64,000 nucleotides of DNA, taken from an uncultured Gemmatimonadota bacterium. Its GTDB lineage: Bacteria; SM23-81; DAOVCL01. The stretch lies in NCBI GenBank assembly GCA_964626665.1, contig CAZVGK010000001.1:96001-160000 (forward strand), given 5' to 3'. Positions 9,578 to 19,855 of the stretch are shown here, piece after piece; position 1 is the stretch's first letter; every line of letters starts with the position of its first letter. The position numbers and the translations under genes were made by a program. Below the pieces are notes generated by a model. It saw nothing but the letters and a program-made list of their open reading frames with translations. It was not told the origin of the DNA and did not search any database.

Positions 9578-11743
9578 TCAAAAGAGCGATCTTAATTCGG
9601 ATGGAGTGAAGTCGCTCTTTCCTTCATCCGAGATGTGGATGGCCCTGCCGTGAAGGAGAAATATGACCTCATCCCCCAGAGCAAGGAACCTTCCCACATC
9701 CGGAACCTTGCTTAGGAGTTTGAAATAGGCTTCCGAGAATCTTTTTATCTTTACTGTCTCTACCTTTCCCTCGTATGCGGTATCCACCCAGAGCCCGTTT
9801 TTGTTGAAGAAAGTCCTGTTTCCAACCTGAACCACCTTGGTTATTCTCTGCTCTTTCCCTTCCGCGTCCAGATATTCCTGGGGAGCCGTGAGGGCACTTT
9901 GATAAGCCGTTATTGCCATGGTTCGGTTCACCGCTCCTGCGCCCACCTCCTTTTTTAATCCTCTTTGCAAGTGTCTCTCCGCCTGGGGAGCCAATTCGTC
10001 AACAGCCAATCTATAATCGGCACCCACCAGAAAGGAGGTATATTCAGTGATGATGCCATATTTTTTGGATAACCTCACTACCTCATCCACCAACTCCTTG
10101 TTTTGACCATGAAGCCTTAATTGATCAATTAGATACCCGATCCTTCTGGTCGCCCAGAGTCGAGGGATAAAGTCGTTTTTGTCATCCGGTGAGAAGTTCA
10201 CCTTATAGGTGAATCTTCTGGTGGTTCCCTGGGTGGAGCCGGATAGCGTCACTTTGGTATGCCCTCCATTCCTGTATCTCCCCAGCACCAGAAGTTGCGT
10301 CCCCTTGAATATATCCGGCAGCTCTTGGGGGTAGAGATCATAGACTTTAACATCGCCAAAGGAAAGGTTAACATCTGTCAGAATTGGGTGGGAAACCTTC
10401 TTATAGAAGCTGGAGACCTTCACCTCGATATCCTCGGATGGGCGAACATAATCGGAGGTGGCGTGATTATCCTGGGCCAGTCGATCTAAAAGCCTGGTGT
10501 TCACATCATATCCCACTCCGAATACAAATATCCTGGTTGCGGATCGGTTCGCTTTTTTCACATTTCCCAAGATATTCCTGATGTCTGTCTCCCCCACTGT
10601 GGGCAGACCATCGGTCAAGAAGATGATGAAGGAGAGGTTATCATCCCCTGCCACCTGTCTGAGACTGATGAGAAGTGCATCATTTATGTTGGTTCCACCC
10701 TTTGCCTCACATCCCTCTACGAAGGAAAGCCCCTCCCGGATATTCTCATGATCTGCCCCCGCCAATTCAGGCTTGAAGTTTCTGATCTGGTCATCAAAAT
10801 CGATTATGTTGAAACAGTCCCCTTTATACAAGCTGTTCAAACAGAAAGAGAGGGCGCCCTTGGCTTGTTTTATCTTCTCTCCACTCATGCTCCCTGAGGT
10901 ATCGAGAATGAAGATTATGTTTTTGCTTAAGGTCTTATCCGCAGGAACTTCCACCTGGGGAGAGATCATAGCTAAAAAGTAACCGTTTTTATCCTCATCC
11001 TGGTAGGGAAGAAGATCAAAGCCAATATCCCTCTCTGAAACGGTATAATAAAGGAAAAAATCCTTGTCCGGACGAGTGTTTTCCTCCACATAGGTTATTT
11101 TGGCACGGTGATCGCTCTCTTTTTCAATTCTTATATTATGCGAAGGGGAATAGATGCTCTTTATGGGCTTTTTCGAATTTATCTCCACATTGAGCTTCAC
11201 GCTCTGCAAGGGGTCCCGAGAGAATTTCTCGGTGTTTAAGGTGTAGCGATAGCCGCATATTCCCCTGGTTAGCTTCAGAATTTCGGAATAATGTAATCTT
11301 ATGCGGGTTTCGCCGTTGGCTGGAATGGGGTAGACCGACGCCTTGAACATCCCGTCTTTGAAATATTCCAGAAGGGCGGGGTCTCTCTTTCTCCGGACTA
11401 TATCCTCGTAGATCCTGCGGGCTTCATTTTTGCCTAATACCTTCCCCCTGACCTCCTCATTTCCCACAAACATAGAGAAGTCTGAGATAGAAGCGCCTTC
11501 CGGTATGGGGAAGATGTAGGTCCCCTCAATGTCCCTATGAAAGTTGTTGATGAAAACCTGGTCCACCGCCGTCTGGGCAACCTGGTTGTCGATCTTTACC
11601 TGCACATGATGGTATTTTATGGATAGATTGGGGGGGAAAGGTTCATAGGGGCGCGGGGGCCGGGGAATGATGAATCCATCAGCCAGCACAAGCGAGCTGA
11701 GGAACAAAACTAAAATCAAGCTTAAGCCACATATCTTTTTCAT
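9578..11743 (-). CDS. Secreted VIT (vault inter-alpha-trypsin) + von Willebrand A domain protein
   Basis: Signal peptide; VIT segment EGTYIFPIP..ISDFSM; MIDAS DTSGSM, GGTN, FLTDG; LWATRRI and ITEYTSFL. Confidence 0.9.
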   Translation of the reverse strand: MKKICGLSLILVLFLSSLVLADGFIIPRPPRPYEPFPPNLSIKYHHVQVKIDNQVAQTAVDQVFINNFHRDIEGTYIFPIPEGASISDFSMFVGNEEVRGKVLGKNEARRIYEDIVRRKRDPALLEYFKDGMFKASVYPIPANGETRIRLHYSEILKLTRGICGYRYTLNTEKFSRDPLQSVKLNVEINSKKPIKSIYSPSHNIRIEKESDHRAKITYVEENTRPDKDFFLYYTVSERDIGFDLLPYQDEDKNGYFLAMISPQVEVPADKTLSKNIIFILDTSGSMSGEKIKQAKGALSFCLNSLYKGDCFNIIDFDDQIRNFKPELAGADHENIREGLSFVEGCEAKGGTNINDALLISLRQVAGDDNLSFIIFLTDGLPTVGETDIRNILGNVKKANRSATRIFVFGVGYDVNTRLLDRLAQDNHATSDYVRPSEDIEVKVSSFYKKVSHPILTDVNLSFGDVKVYDLYPQELPDIFKGTQLLVLGRYRNGGHTKVTLSGSTQGTTRRFTYKVNFSPDDKNDFIPRLWATRRIGYLIDQLRLHGQNKELVDEVVRLSKKYGIITEYTSFLVGADYRLAVDELAPQAERHLQRGLKKEVGAGAVNRTMAITAYQSALTAPQEYLDAEGKEQRITKVVQVGNRTFFNKNGLWVDTAYEGKVETVKIKRFSEAYFKLLSKVPDVGRFLALGDEVIFLLHGRAIHISDEGKSDFTPSELRSLF

Positions 11744-11786
11744 AACCGCCTCCTTTCAAGGACTTCACCACAAAACATGCTATAAC

Positions 11787-12105
11787 CACAGCGCGGCAAA
11801 GCCGCAATCAAACAGTAGCCACAGATTACACGGATTTCACTGAATCTTTGGAACACGAATAAACGAATCTACACGAATAGATAATTTACCACGGAAATTC
11901 ACGGAATCTCACGGGGAAAAGGTAATTGAGAATCAAAGATTTAGACGGATTTCACGAATAGTAAAGAAGATACTTGAGACTTCAGGCTTTCACCTTCTAA
12001 GTGAAAAACAGGTTTTGAATTCAATTCCTGTAAGTACCCTTATTTTGTACATCTTGTGATAATCTTGTGGAATCTCGTGGTTTCTTAATGCATAATCTGG
12101 GTTAA
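11787..12105. repeat. ~320-bp composite repeat, inverted relative to 13362-13701 and related to 27353-27862
   Basis: CACAGCGCGGCAAAGCCGCAATCAAACA matches the reverse complement of 13674-13701; 32 bp at 11829-11860 is the exact reverse complement of 27801-27832. Confidence 0.8.
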
Positions 12106-12122
12106 TGTTCAATCTATCTTTT

Positions 12123-12150
12123 ATACAATTCAGAAGAGGGGAATATTCCC
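12123..12150 (-). promoter_or_regulatory. Candidate ECF-sigma promoter upstream of the VIT-vWA gene
   Basis: Minus strand GGGAATA-N15-TTGTAT, same motif and spacing as at 14342-14369. Confidence 0.65.
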
Positions 12151-12157
12151 CAAAAAT

Positions 12158-13345
12158 TCATCTTTTCCTCAATGTCTCTATTTTTTTCAGTTGGTCACTT
12201 AATTGGGCCTTGATCTTCGGGTCTTTGGTCTGATTAAGATATTCCCCTATGAGTTTTGAGCCTGCAGAGATATCTGTGGTATCCTGGGTAAGCCTACCCA
12301 AGAGATAGTAACCGATCGCCACCTGAAGATAGCCCTGATTGGCCAATGAGTCGCCGGGATTTTCCTCAATGTAGGTCTTCCATACTTGGATAATTTTTAT
12401 CAATTTATCCACCTGCATCAATGTGTCGTTGGGTTCTACTCTCGGGACCCTCATTTTATCCACTACATAATGACCCAAAGCCGAAGAGGGACCATAGACT
12501 GAATCGGCAGTAATAACCTCGCCTGCTGGCTTTTCAGTTCCCCCCCTTTGGTTAACCCCTTCAATCCTTTGGCTCTTAGCCCTAACCTCTTTCCTCATTC
12601 CTCCTCCGCTGGGTTTTACCTCCCGGGACAAAGATTCTTTTTTTGACGGTCTTGCAGCCTCCATAATGCCTTCATACTTCGTAATGGGTACAAGGGAAGG
12701 GGGTGCTTTTTCTTCGGCAACCTTTGGTTGGGGGATGGTTTTCTCCTTCCTTAACATAGTCTCCCTTTTATTAACCGCTCCCTCTGAGGAAATGGCCTTC
12801 TCTTTTGTTTCATCCGTAGTGATGGATTTCGTTTCTTTCTGGAGTTTTTCAGAGTATATTTTCTTTTCTCCCTCCTCTGTGGGAAATGCCTTGCCCTTTC
12901 CCATTCCCCTGGTATCAAAACCTGGTATTTCAACAGGTCTCATGACAGGTGCCGGTGGTGTTATCCTTCCCCCGTGATATTCCATATACATTTTTCCGAT
13001 GATGAAGACCAACACAACCGCTACCAGGCCGGCTGCTATCTTTATCTTAAATGGGGAGAAGGTAAGGATATTCTCCATAAGCTTTCTGAATCTGACTGCA
13101 GGTGACCTTTCTTTTCGGACAATGATCTTCTCCCTTACCCGGCTGGAGAAGCTTTCCCAGTATTCCTGCGGTGGCTCTTTTACTTCAATTTTTTTCGCTT
13201 TCCCTTCTACCGCTTCCCAAAGGGACAGTTTCTCCTGGCATCTTTTGCACTGAGAAAGATGCTTCTGGAGTTTCCTCTTTTCTCTTTGGTTTAGCCTCCC
13301 ATCCAGGAAAAGGTAAATCAGCTTGTCAAACCCTTTGCATCTCAA
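12158..13345 (-). CDS. Zinc-binding (HxxxCxxC) transmembrane anti-sigma factor
   Basis: C..YLFLDG..KHLSQCKRC, one TM helix, long charged linker, helical C-terminus; TTG start. Confidence 0.88.
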   Translation of the reverse strand: MRCKGFDKLIYLFLDGRLNQREKRKLQKHLSQCKRCQEKLSLWEAVEGKAKKIEVKEPPQEYWESFSSRVREKIIVRKERSPAVRFRKLMENILTFSPFKIKIAAGLVAVVLVFIIGKMYMEYHGGRITPPAPVMRPVEIPGFDTRGMGKGKAFPTEEGEKKIYSEKLQKETKSITTDETKEKAISSEGAVNKRETMLRKEKTIPQPKVAEEKAPPSLVPITKYEGIMEAARPSKKESLSREVKPSGGGMRKEVRAKSQRIEGVNQRGGTEKPAGEVITADSVYGPSSALGHYVVDKMRVPRVEPNDTLMQVDKLIKIIQVWKTYIEENPGDSLANQGYLQVAIGYYLLGRLTQDTTDISAGSKLIGEYLNQTKDPKIKAQLSDQLKKIETLRKR

Positions 13346-13361
13346 CTTGACCCCCCTTATC

Positions 13362-13701
13362 TCAGATTATGGTCAGGAAACCACAAGATTTCACGAGATT
13401 GTCACAAGACATTAAAAACAACGAGTTCAAGAAAAATTGAATTCAAACCCTTCTTTCGCCTAAAAGATAAGCCCTCTTATTCTTAAAGATTCTTGTGTAA
13501 TCTGTACTACAATTTTGCAAGAACTTGTTTTGTGAGCAAAGTTTTTCAGGTTTTCTTGGCGAAAAGCGTTAAAAATCAAAGAATTACCTATGGTATTTTC
13601 CGTGAGGTTCTGAGGTAAATCGTTATGATCTTCTTATCTATTCGTGTTATTCGTGTTCTGCAATTTGTGGCCTTGTTTGGTTGCGGCTCTGCCGCGCTGT
13701 G
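13362..13701. repeat. Composite repeat, inverted partner of 11787-12105
   Basis: GGAAACCACAAGATTTCACGAGATTGTCACAAGA..TTGAATTCAAACC block shared with 27375-27450. Confidence 0.8.
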
Positions 13702-13712
13702 AAAATCCGTGC

Positions 13713-14321
13713 TTATCTGTGGTTTATGTATGTTTTGGGCTTGTATTCCTTTAACATCTTCTGCATCTTTTCCCTGGCCCTGAAGAGCCGGGACATCACC
13801 GTTCCCAAAGATACCTTCAGAGATTTAGCGATCTCCTCATAGCTTAGATCATCGTATATCCTCAATACCAACACGGCTTTATATTTTGGCGAAAGGGAAT
13901 CTATGGCCTTCTCTATCTTATTTTCCAGTTCCTTTAGGGCCAAGTGATTTGAGGGATCTGACCCGGCTGTCTCCCTCTCCAATGGGCTTGAGGTCTCTGC
14001 AAATTGGCTCTCCGATAGCACGAACTTCTCACGCTTCAGGTAATTTATGCTCAAGTTCACACATATCCGGTATAGCCAGGTATAGAAATTATATCCGGCC
14101 TTGAAGGATTTGATACTTTTGAATGCATTGATGAAGGTTTCCTGGGCAATATCGTCTGCGGCATCATGATTTTTAACCATACGATAAGCTAAGAAATAGA
14201 CTCTTTTCTGATAACGTTTCACTAATAAATCAAAGGAATATAAGTCACCTTCCTTAACTTTGGAAATCAGCTTATCGTCATTTTGGTGGTTGAAAGACGC
14301 TCGCTCGTCATTTTTGTTCAT
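13713..14321 (-). CDS. ECF RNA polymerase sigma factor
   Basis: DAADDIAQETF, FYTWLYRI, LSYEEIA..GTVMSRLFRAR; AGGTGG RBS. Confidence 0.95.
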   Translation of the reverse strand: MNKNDERASFNHQNDDKLISKVKEGDLYSFDLLVKRYQKRVYFLAYRMVKNHDAADDIAQETFINAFKSIKSFKAGYNFYTWLYRICVNLSINYLKREKFVLSESQFAETSSPLERETAGSDPSNHLALKELENKIEKAIDSLSPKYKAVLVLRIYDDLSYEEIAKSLKVSLGTVMSRLFRAREKMQKMLKEYKPKTYINHR

Positions 14322-14341
14322 TGGCACTACCACCTAATAGA

Positions 14342-14369
14342 ATACAAATTAAATTTAAAAATTATTCCC
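14342..14369 (-). promoter_or_regulatory. Candidate ECF autoregulatory promoter
   Basis: Minus strand GGGAATA-N15-TTGTAT immediately upstream of the sigma RBS. Confidence 0.65.
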
Positions 14370-14799
14370 TGAAATCTTGGGCCCTTCGTTTTTTTTTTGG
14401 GAATAGGTGATGTTTTTAATTGGGACGCAGATTTTCGCCGATAACCGCAGAAAGTTAAAATCCTGACAATCTGCGTTTATCTGTGTCCAAAAAGGAATTT
14501 CCTCTTTTTTCAAGTTAGTTCATCAAGATATGATTGTCAATAGGAAAGGGTTCTCTGGTTGTAGGACATCGTATTTAGTCGCTTTACAAGATGATCGATA
14601 GTAGTAGTTATGAGGGTAAATCAGGGATTGGGAGCGAACATTTTTAGGGGGAGCCCATCTACCGTTTCTGGTAGGTGCCTGTCCTGAGGGAGAAGAACAT
14701 TGGAAGCGTCCTCAAGATAGATGCTTGGTTAGTTTCTTTCTCTTCCTCAAAAAAATGCTTGACCACTGGCTCAGTATTTGTTATTTTAGTCTAAACCGG

Positions 14800-14873
14800 G
14801 GGCCCATAGCTCAGTTGGTTAGAGCGGCTGACCCATAATCAGTAGGTCCTAGGTTCGAGTCCTAGTGGGCCCA
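14800..14873 (+). tRNA. tRNA-Ile2(CAT) (lysidine type; elongator Met less likely), no encoded CCA
   Basis: Acceptor GGGCCCA/TGGGCCC with C4-G69 and C5-G68; anticodon stem GCTGA/TCAGT, loop CCCATAA; TTCGAGT T-loop. Confidence 0.85.
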
Positions 14874-14880
14874 TTAAGCT

Positions 14881-14954
14881 GGGCGATTAGCTCAGCCGGT
14901 TAGAGCGCTTGTTTCACATACAAGAGGTCACTGGTTCGAATCCAGTATCGCCCA
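14881..14954 (+). tRNA. tRNA-Val(CAC)
   Basis: GGGCGAT/ATCGCCC acceptor, CTTGT-TTCACAT-ACAAG anticodon arm, TTCGAAT T-loop. Confidence 0.92.
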
Positions 14955-15071
14955 TTGTTTGAACAAAGAGGGGAGGGAATAGTGAGGATACCATTTTGGA
15001 CAATATCTTGTGGAGGAAAATTTGGTTAAAGTGCACCTGGGTGCACTTTTTCTTTTGTGAAAGGGGGGTAG

Positions 15072-15782
15072 ATGTGGGAAGAGCTGAAGAGGCTCCTCCA
15101 GTTGCAGGAGATGGATGATGAGCTCTCATCATTGGAGAGGGCCAAAGTGGAGTTGCCTAAGAGGATCCAGGCCCTGGAGGAGAGGATAAAGGAAGCCAGC
15201 CAGAAGTTGGATGATGGGAAAGCTATCTTGGAGGAGCTGAAGAGGAAGAAGAGACATTCGGAGCTGGAGCTGAGGGATGCCGAGGCGGGGTTGAAGGAGT
15301 TACAGGAAAAGGTCTATGAGATAAAAACCAACAAGGAGTATGATGCCCTACAAAGTGAGACAGGGAGTAAAAAGGAGGAGATATCCAACTCCGAAGAGGA
15401 GATATTGACCCTGATGAGCCAGATAGAGGAGACGGAGGAGGAGATTGAAAAACAGGAAGGTGAGTTCGCCACGATCTCTCAGGAGAGCGGGGCTGAGTTG
15501 GAGGCCCAGAAAAGGGAGCTGGCCACCTTAGAGGAGAAGATCGCCATAAAACAAGGGGAAAGAAAGAATATAGTGGTCCGTGTCTCGCGGAAGAACCTCT
15601 CCACCTATGAAAGGATAAGCAAGGGGAAGGATGGGTTAGCCGTGGTTAGGATAAGAAAGGGGGCCTGCGGTGGCTGTTTTAAATCCCTCCCTCCCCAGAA
15701 ACTTCAGGAGATAAGGAGGAAAGATCGGCTGATAACTTGTGAAAACTGTGGTCGCATTTTGGTTTGGGATCAGGAAGATTAA
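15072..15782 (+). CDS. Coiled-coil C4 zinc-ribbon protein (DUF164/CT398/HP0958-like)
   Basis: LQEMD, long coiled coil, NKEYDAL, CGGC...CENCGRIL. Confidence 0.88.
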   Translation: MWEELKRLLQLQEMDDELSSLERAKVELPKRIQALEERIKEASQKLDDGKAILEELKRKKRHSELELRDAEAGLKELQEKVYEIKTNKEYDALQSETGSKKEEISNSEEEILTLMSQIEETEEEIEKQEGEFATISQESGAELEAQKRELATLEEKIAIKQGERKNIVVRVSRKNLSTYERISKGKDGLAVVRIRKGACGGCFKSLPPQKLQEIRRKDRLITCENCGRILVWDQED

Positions 15783-16213
15783 TGGGCAAACATTTAGTGG
15801 CCTATGTAGATGGGGCCTGCCGGGGGAATCCCGGGGAAGGTGGGGTGGGAGTCCTCTTCCAGGACGAAAAAGGCACCACCCTTTTTAAAGCCTACAAGTA
15901 TATTGGGAAGGTTACCAATAACATCGCTGAATATCGCGCCCTTATCTTGGCCTTAGAGAAGGCCCAGAAATTCAGGGCAAAATCGCTTACCGTCTATTCT
16001 GACAGCCAGCTTATCGTAAACCAGGTAAATGGGGATTATCGGGTAAGGGATACCAAGCTTAAGCCCCTTCTCAGGGAAGCCCTATTCTTGATCAGGAAGT
16101 TTCAGGGGGTTGAGGTTAAGTCAATAGGTAGGGATAAGAATAAATTGGCTGACTCCCTGGCCAATAGGGCCATCGATACCAAAGGAGAAGAGGAATACCT
16201 TTTAGATGAATGA
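15782..16213 (+). CDS. rnhA: Ribonuclease HI family protein
   Basis: [32 protein letters not shown]. Confidence 0.9.
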   Translation: MGKHLVAYVDGACRGNPGEGGVGVLFQDEKGTTLFKAYKYIGKVTNNIAEYRALILALEKAQKFRAKSLTVYSDSQLIVNQVNGDYRVRDTKLKPLLREALFLIRKFQGVEVKSIGRDKNKLADSLANRAIDTKGEEEYLLDE

Positions 16214-17663
16214 CAAGAAATCGCTAAAAATGGGGTTGGCATTTGATGATGTTCTCCTATTGCCGGCCAAGTCCCGCGTGCTTCCCAGGGAGGCGAATCT
16301 GCGCACAGTCCTGGCTGGCCAGATAGAGCTTAATCTGCCCATAATAAGCGCAGCTATGGATACGGTGACTGAAGCCGGGATGGCCATAGCTATGGCTCAG
16401 GAAGGGGGGATGGGGATCATCCACCGCAATATGTCCATAGAGAAACAGGCCGCAGAAGTTGCTCGGGTGAAGAGGTCGGAGAGCTGGATTATCTTAGATC
16501 CAATTACCCTCTCCCCTGAGGAGAAGATCGGCCGGGCCCTGAAGGTGATGAAGGAGGCAGGCATCTCCGGTGTGCCTATAACCGAAGGAAAGAGGTTGGT
16601 AGGGGTTCTCACCAACAGGGATCTGAGGTTTGAGGGGGACAGGGAGAGGCCCATTTCTGAGGTGATGACCAAGGAGAACCTGATCACTGCCCCTATGGGG
16701 ATTGGCTTGGAGGAGGCCAAGGGGTTGCTCCACAAATACAGGATAGAAAAGCTCCCTGTGGTGGATGGAGAGGGGAACCTTAAGGGCCTGATAACGGTTA
16801 AGGATATAATGAAGGGGATCGAGCATCCTTTGGCCTGTAAGGATAACCAGGGGAGGTTGCGGGTAGGGGCAGCCATAGGGGTCTCCTCCGGGACGATGGA
16901 GAGGGCGGAGAGGTTGCATCGGGCGGGGGTTGACTGCTTAGTGGTGGATACCGCCCACGGACATTCCCTAATGGTCCTGCGTATAGTGGAAGAGCTGAAG
17001 GCTGCCTTCCCTCATCTTCCCCTTATCGCTGGTAATGTGGCTACCGGGGAAGGGGTGGAGGATCTGATCAGAGCGGGTGCTGATGGGGTTAAGGTGGGTG
17101 TGGGACCAGGCTCCATTTGCACCACCCGGGTGGTGACCGGAGTGGGCGTGCCCCAGTTCACCGCCATCAGGGATTGCAGCCAGGTGGCTCAAAGCTATCA
17201 AATACCCCTGATTGCTGACGGAGGGATAAGGCATTCCGGGGACATAACCAAGGCCCTGGCTGCTGGGGCGGACTCGGTGATGATCGGCAACCTTCTGGCC
17301 GGGACAGAGGAGAGCCCCGGGGGAAAGATCCTCTATGAGGGGAGGAGTTTTAAGCTATACCGAGGGATGGGTTCGGTGGAAGCAATGAAAGTTGGTTCCC
17401 AGGACAGATATTTCCAGGAGGGGGCAGAAAAATTTGTCCCCGAGGGGGTGGAGGGAAAAGTCCCCTATAAGGGATTGATTGCAGACCTTCTCTTTCAGTT
17501 GGTGGGAGGGGTAAAGGCCGGGATGGGTATGTGTGGGGCCAAAACGATTAGGGAATTTTGGGGTAAAGCCCGATTTATCCAGATAACAGGTGCAGGTCTC
17601 ATAGAAGGTCATCCACACAATGTATCTATCACCAAGGAGCCACCAAATTATAGCGTTCACTGA
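16206..17663 (+). CDS. guaB: IMP dehydrogenase
   Basis: [17 protein letters not shown] pair, [21 protein letters not shown]. Confidence 0.97.
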   Translation: MNDKKSLKMGLAFDDVLLLPAKSRVLPREANLRTVLAGQIELNLPIISAAMDTVTEAGMAIAMAQEGGMGIIHRNMSIEKQAAEVARVKRSESWIILDPITLSPEEKIGRALKVMKEAGISGVPITEGKRLVGVLTNRDLRFEGDRERPISEVMTKENLITAPMGIGLEEAKGLLHKYRIEKLPVVDGEGNLKGLITVKDIMKGIEHPLACKDNQGRLRVGAAIGVSSGTMERAERLHRAGVDCLVVDTAHGHSLMVLRIVEELKAAFPHLPLIAGNVATGEGVEDLIRAGADGVKVGVGPGSICTTRVVTGVGVPQFTAIRDCSQVAQSYQIPLIADGGIRHSGDITKALAAGADSVMIGNLLAGTEESPGGKILYEGRSFKLYRGMGSVEAMKVGSQDRYFQEGAEKFVPEGVEGKVPYKGLIADLLFQLVGGVKAGMGMCGAKTIREFWGKARFIQITGAGLIEGHPHNVSITKEPPNYSVH

Positions 17664-17677
17664 TTCAGGAGGGAAAT

Positions 17678-18247
17678 TTGTCTAAAGGTAAAGCAAGTTT
17701 AGGTTTGATAGTTGTCGTTGGCATAGTCTTGGTTGCTATCCTCTCGGGGATTGTTATCTACAATCGCCTGGTGAAGATGGATGAGACCATAAAGGAGGCC
17801 TGGGCTCAGGTGGAGAACCAGTTGGAGAGGAGATCCGATCTCATCCCAAATTTAGTCAACACGGTGAAAGGTTATGCCAAGCATGAGAAGGGAATATTCG
17901 AACACATCGCCGACGCCCGGGCCAGGTTGGCTGGAGCTCCTTCTCGTCCAGAGGCCATAAAGGCGGCCAATGAGCTCTCCGGACTCTTGGGTAGGCTCTT
18001 AGCCATAGCGGAGAACTATCCCCAATTGAAGGCAAACGAGACCTTTAATCGGCTGATGGATGAGCTGGCGGGGACGGAGAACAGAATCGCTGTAGAGAGA
18101 AAGAGATATAACGAGAAGGTGAGAGATTTCAACCGCACGATAAGGAGTTTTCCCACGAATCTAATAGCTGGAGGACTTGGCTTCCACCAGGAGGTCTACT
18201 TCCAGGCGCCGCCAGAGAAGAAAGGCGTCTCAGAGGTTAAATTTTGA
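17678..18247 (+). CDS. lemA: LemA family protein
   Basis: N-terminal TM, YN..V, RRSDLIPNLV, ENYPQLKA, TENRIAVER. Confidence 0.93.
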   Translation: MSKGKASLGLIVVVGIVLVAILSGIVIYNRLVKMDETIKEAWAQVENQLERRSDLIPNLVNTVKGYAKHEKGIFEHIADARARLAGAPSRPEAIKAANELSGLLGRLLAIAENYPQLKANETFNRLMDELAGTENRIAVERKRYNEKVRDFNRTIRSFPTNLIAGGLGFHQEVYFQAPPEKKGVSEVKF

Positions 18248-18620
18248 AGGGGGGCGGCGATCGCCTCTTCCGAACGATAGGCAGGGGAGGAAAGTCCGAG
18301 CTCCACAGGGCAAGGTGCTGGGTAACGCCCAGGCCCTGACAGCCAAAGTTGTCGGGGACGGAAAGTGCCACAGAAAAGATACCACCCCGCACCTATCTGT
18401 AGTCAGATAGGTGCGGGGCAAGGGTGAAAAGGCGAGGTAAGAGCTCACCGCCCTGATGGTGACATCAGGGGCAGGGTAAACCCCACCTGGAGCAAGGCCA
18501 AATAGGGGAGGAGAGGTGGCCCGCCTCACTTGACTCCCGGGTAGGCCGCTTGAGCCTCGAAGCAATCCGGGGCCTAGATTGATGATCGCCCAAAACAGAA
18601 CTCGGCTTATGCCCCCCTTC
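18246..18620 (+). ncRNA. rnpB: RNase P RNA (type A)
   Basis: GAGGAAAGTCC, AGTGCCACAGAAA, GGTAAACCCC..GAGCAAG, ACAGAACTCGGCTTA; terminal P1 GAAGGGGGGC/GCCCCCCTTC. Confidence 0.96.
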
Positions 18621-18744
18621 AAAAAAACTTTATGGCAAAGGTTTTCATAACCCTATTTCTGTCCTTTTCAATGTTTGTTAGAATTTCAGGCAATTCCTAA
18701 CAATTTGGAATTTGGAAATTCTCCGATGGAGGGGCAAAAATAGG

Positions 18745-18775
18745 TTGACAAGTGAGGAGCAAAAGGGTATATTTG
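18745..18775 (+). promoter_or_regulatory. Promoter of the sigma-70 gene
   Basis: TTGACA-N17-TATATT(TG). Confidence 0.65.
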
Positions 18776-18891
18776 GGTCTGTCTCCCCATATAGGGGCCG
18801 TTAGCTCCGTGGGGAATAGTTCGACATTTTTGGGAACCAATTGACCCTTTTTTCGTTTTATCTATTGAAACTGGGGAAAGGAGCTTTTGCG

Positions 18892-19746
18892 TTGGCCGAA
18901 GTGAAGAGAAAGTATAAGGGGGAAGAGAGATCCTTAGATCTTTATTTAAGGGAGATAGGGGAGACCTCCCTCATCTCCTCTCAAGAGGAGATCAACCTCG
19001 CCCAGAGGATAAAAGAAGGTGATGAGGGAGCATTGGAGGAGTTAACCAAGGCTAACCTCAGGTTTGTGGTTAGCGTGGCCAAGCAGTATCAGAACCAGGG
19101 TCTCTCCTTGGCCGATCTCATCAACGAGGGGAATATAGGTCTCATCAAGGCGGCAAAGAGATTTGATGAAACCAGGGGATTTAAGTTTATCTCCTACGCA
19201 GTATGGTGGATTAGGCAAGCTATCCTTCAGGCGCTTGCCGAACAGTCCCGCATAGTGAGGCTTCCTTTAAATCGCGTGGGTGCCCTCCACAAGATCGGCA
19301 AGATCTCTTCCAATCTGGAGCAGGAATTTGGGAGGGAGCCAATGACTGAGGAGATCGCCGCAAGGTTGGAGATGACCCCGGAAGAGGTCTCTGAGACCCT
19401 GAAGATTTCCAACAACCATCTCTCTCTGGATGCTCCCTTTAATGAGGGCGAGGACAGCAACCTCTTAGATGTGCTGAAGGATGAATTTCAACCAGCGCCG
19501 GACAGGGACCTCTTAGGGGAATCACTGAGGGTGGAGATCGAAAAGGCCCTGGGGACCCTCACGGAGAGGGAGGCCGAGGTGATCATCCTTTACTTCGGGA
19601 TAAAGAGGCCAAAGTCAATGACCTTGGAGGAGATCGGTAACCGGTTTAACCTTACCAGGGAAAGGGTAAGGCAGATAAAGGAGAAGGCGATAAGAAGGTT
19701 GCGGCATGCCTCTAGGTCACGAAGGTTGAAGGCCTTTGTCAACTAA
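18892..19746 (+). CDS. RpoD/SigA-family sigma factor lacking region 1.1
   Basis: [48 protein letters not shown] start after AAGGAG. Confidence 0.92.
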   Translation: MAEVKRKYKGEERSLDLYLREIGETSLISSQEEINLAQRIKEGDEGALEELTKANLRFVVSVAKQYQNQGLSLADLINEGNIGLIKAAKRFDETRGFKFISYAVWWIRQAILQALAEQSRIVRLPLNRVGALHKIGKISSNLEQEFGREPMTEEIAARLEMTPEEVSETLKISNNHLSLDAPFNEGEDSNLLDVLKDEFQPAPDRDLLGESLRVEIEKALGTLTEREAEVIILYFGIKRPKSMTLEEIGNRFNLTRERVRQIKEKAIRRLRHASRSRRLKAFVN

Positions 19747-19787
19747 AAAAATCTCCTTCCGCCTGTGGGTGGGAGGAGATTTTTTTT
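19745..19787. terminator. Intrinsic terminator, possibly bidirectional
   Basis: A-run, ATCTCCTTCC..GGGAGGAGAT stem, T-run. Confidence 0.8.
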
Positions 19788-19855
19788 CTGCGGCCCCTTA
19801 AGCTGATCAGCGACGCACGGCAAGTCGGTTTATCGCTAAAATTGCTGAAGGTTAT

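Noticed and set aside
14800-14954. tRNA pair as a prophage or island attachment site
   Set aside because: No integrase and no duplicated tRNA 3' end seen in the window
18230-18622. 130-aa minus-strand ORF
   Set aside because: Antisense shadow of the RNase P RNA
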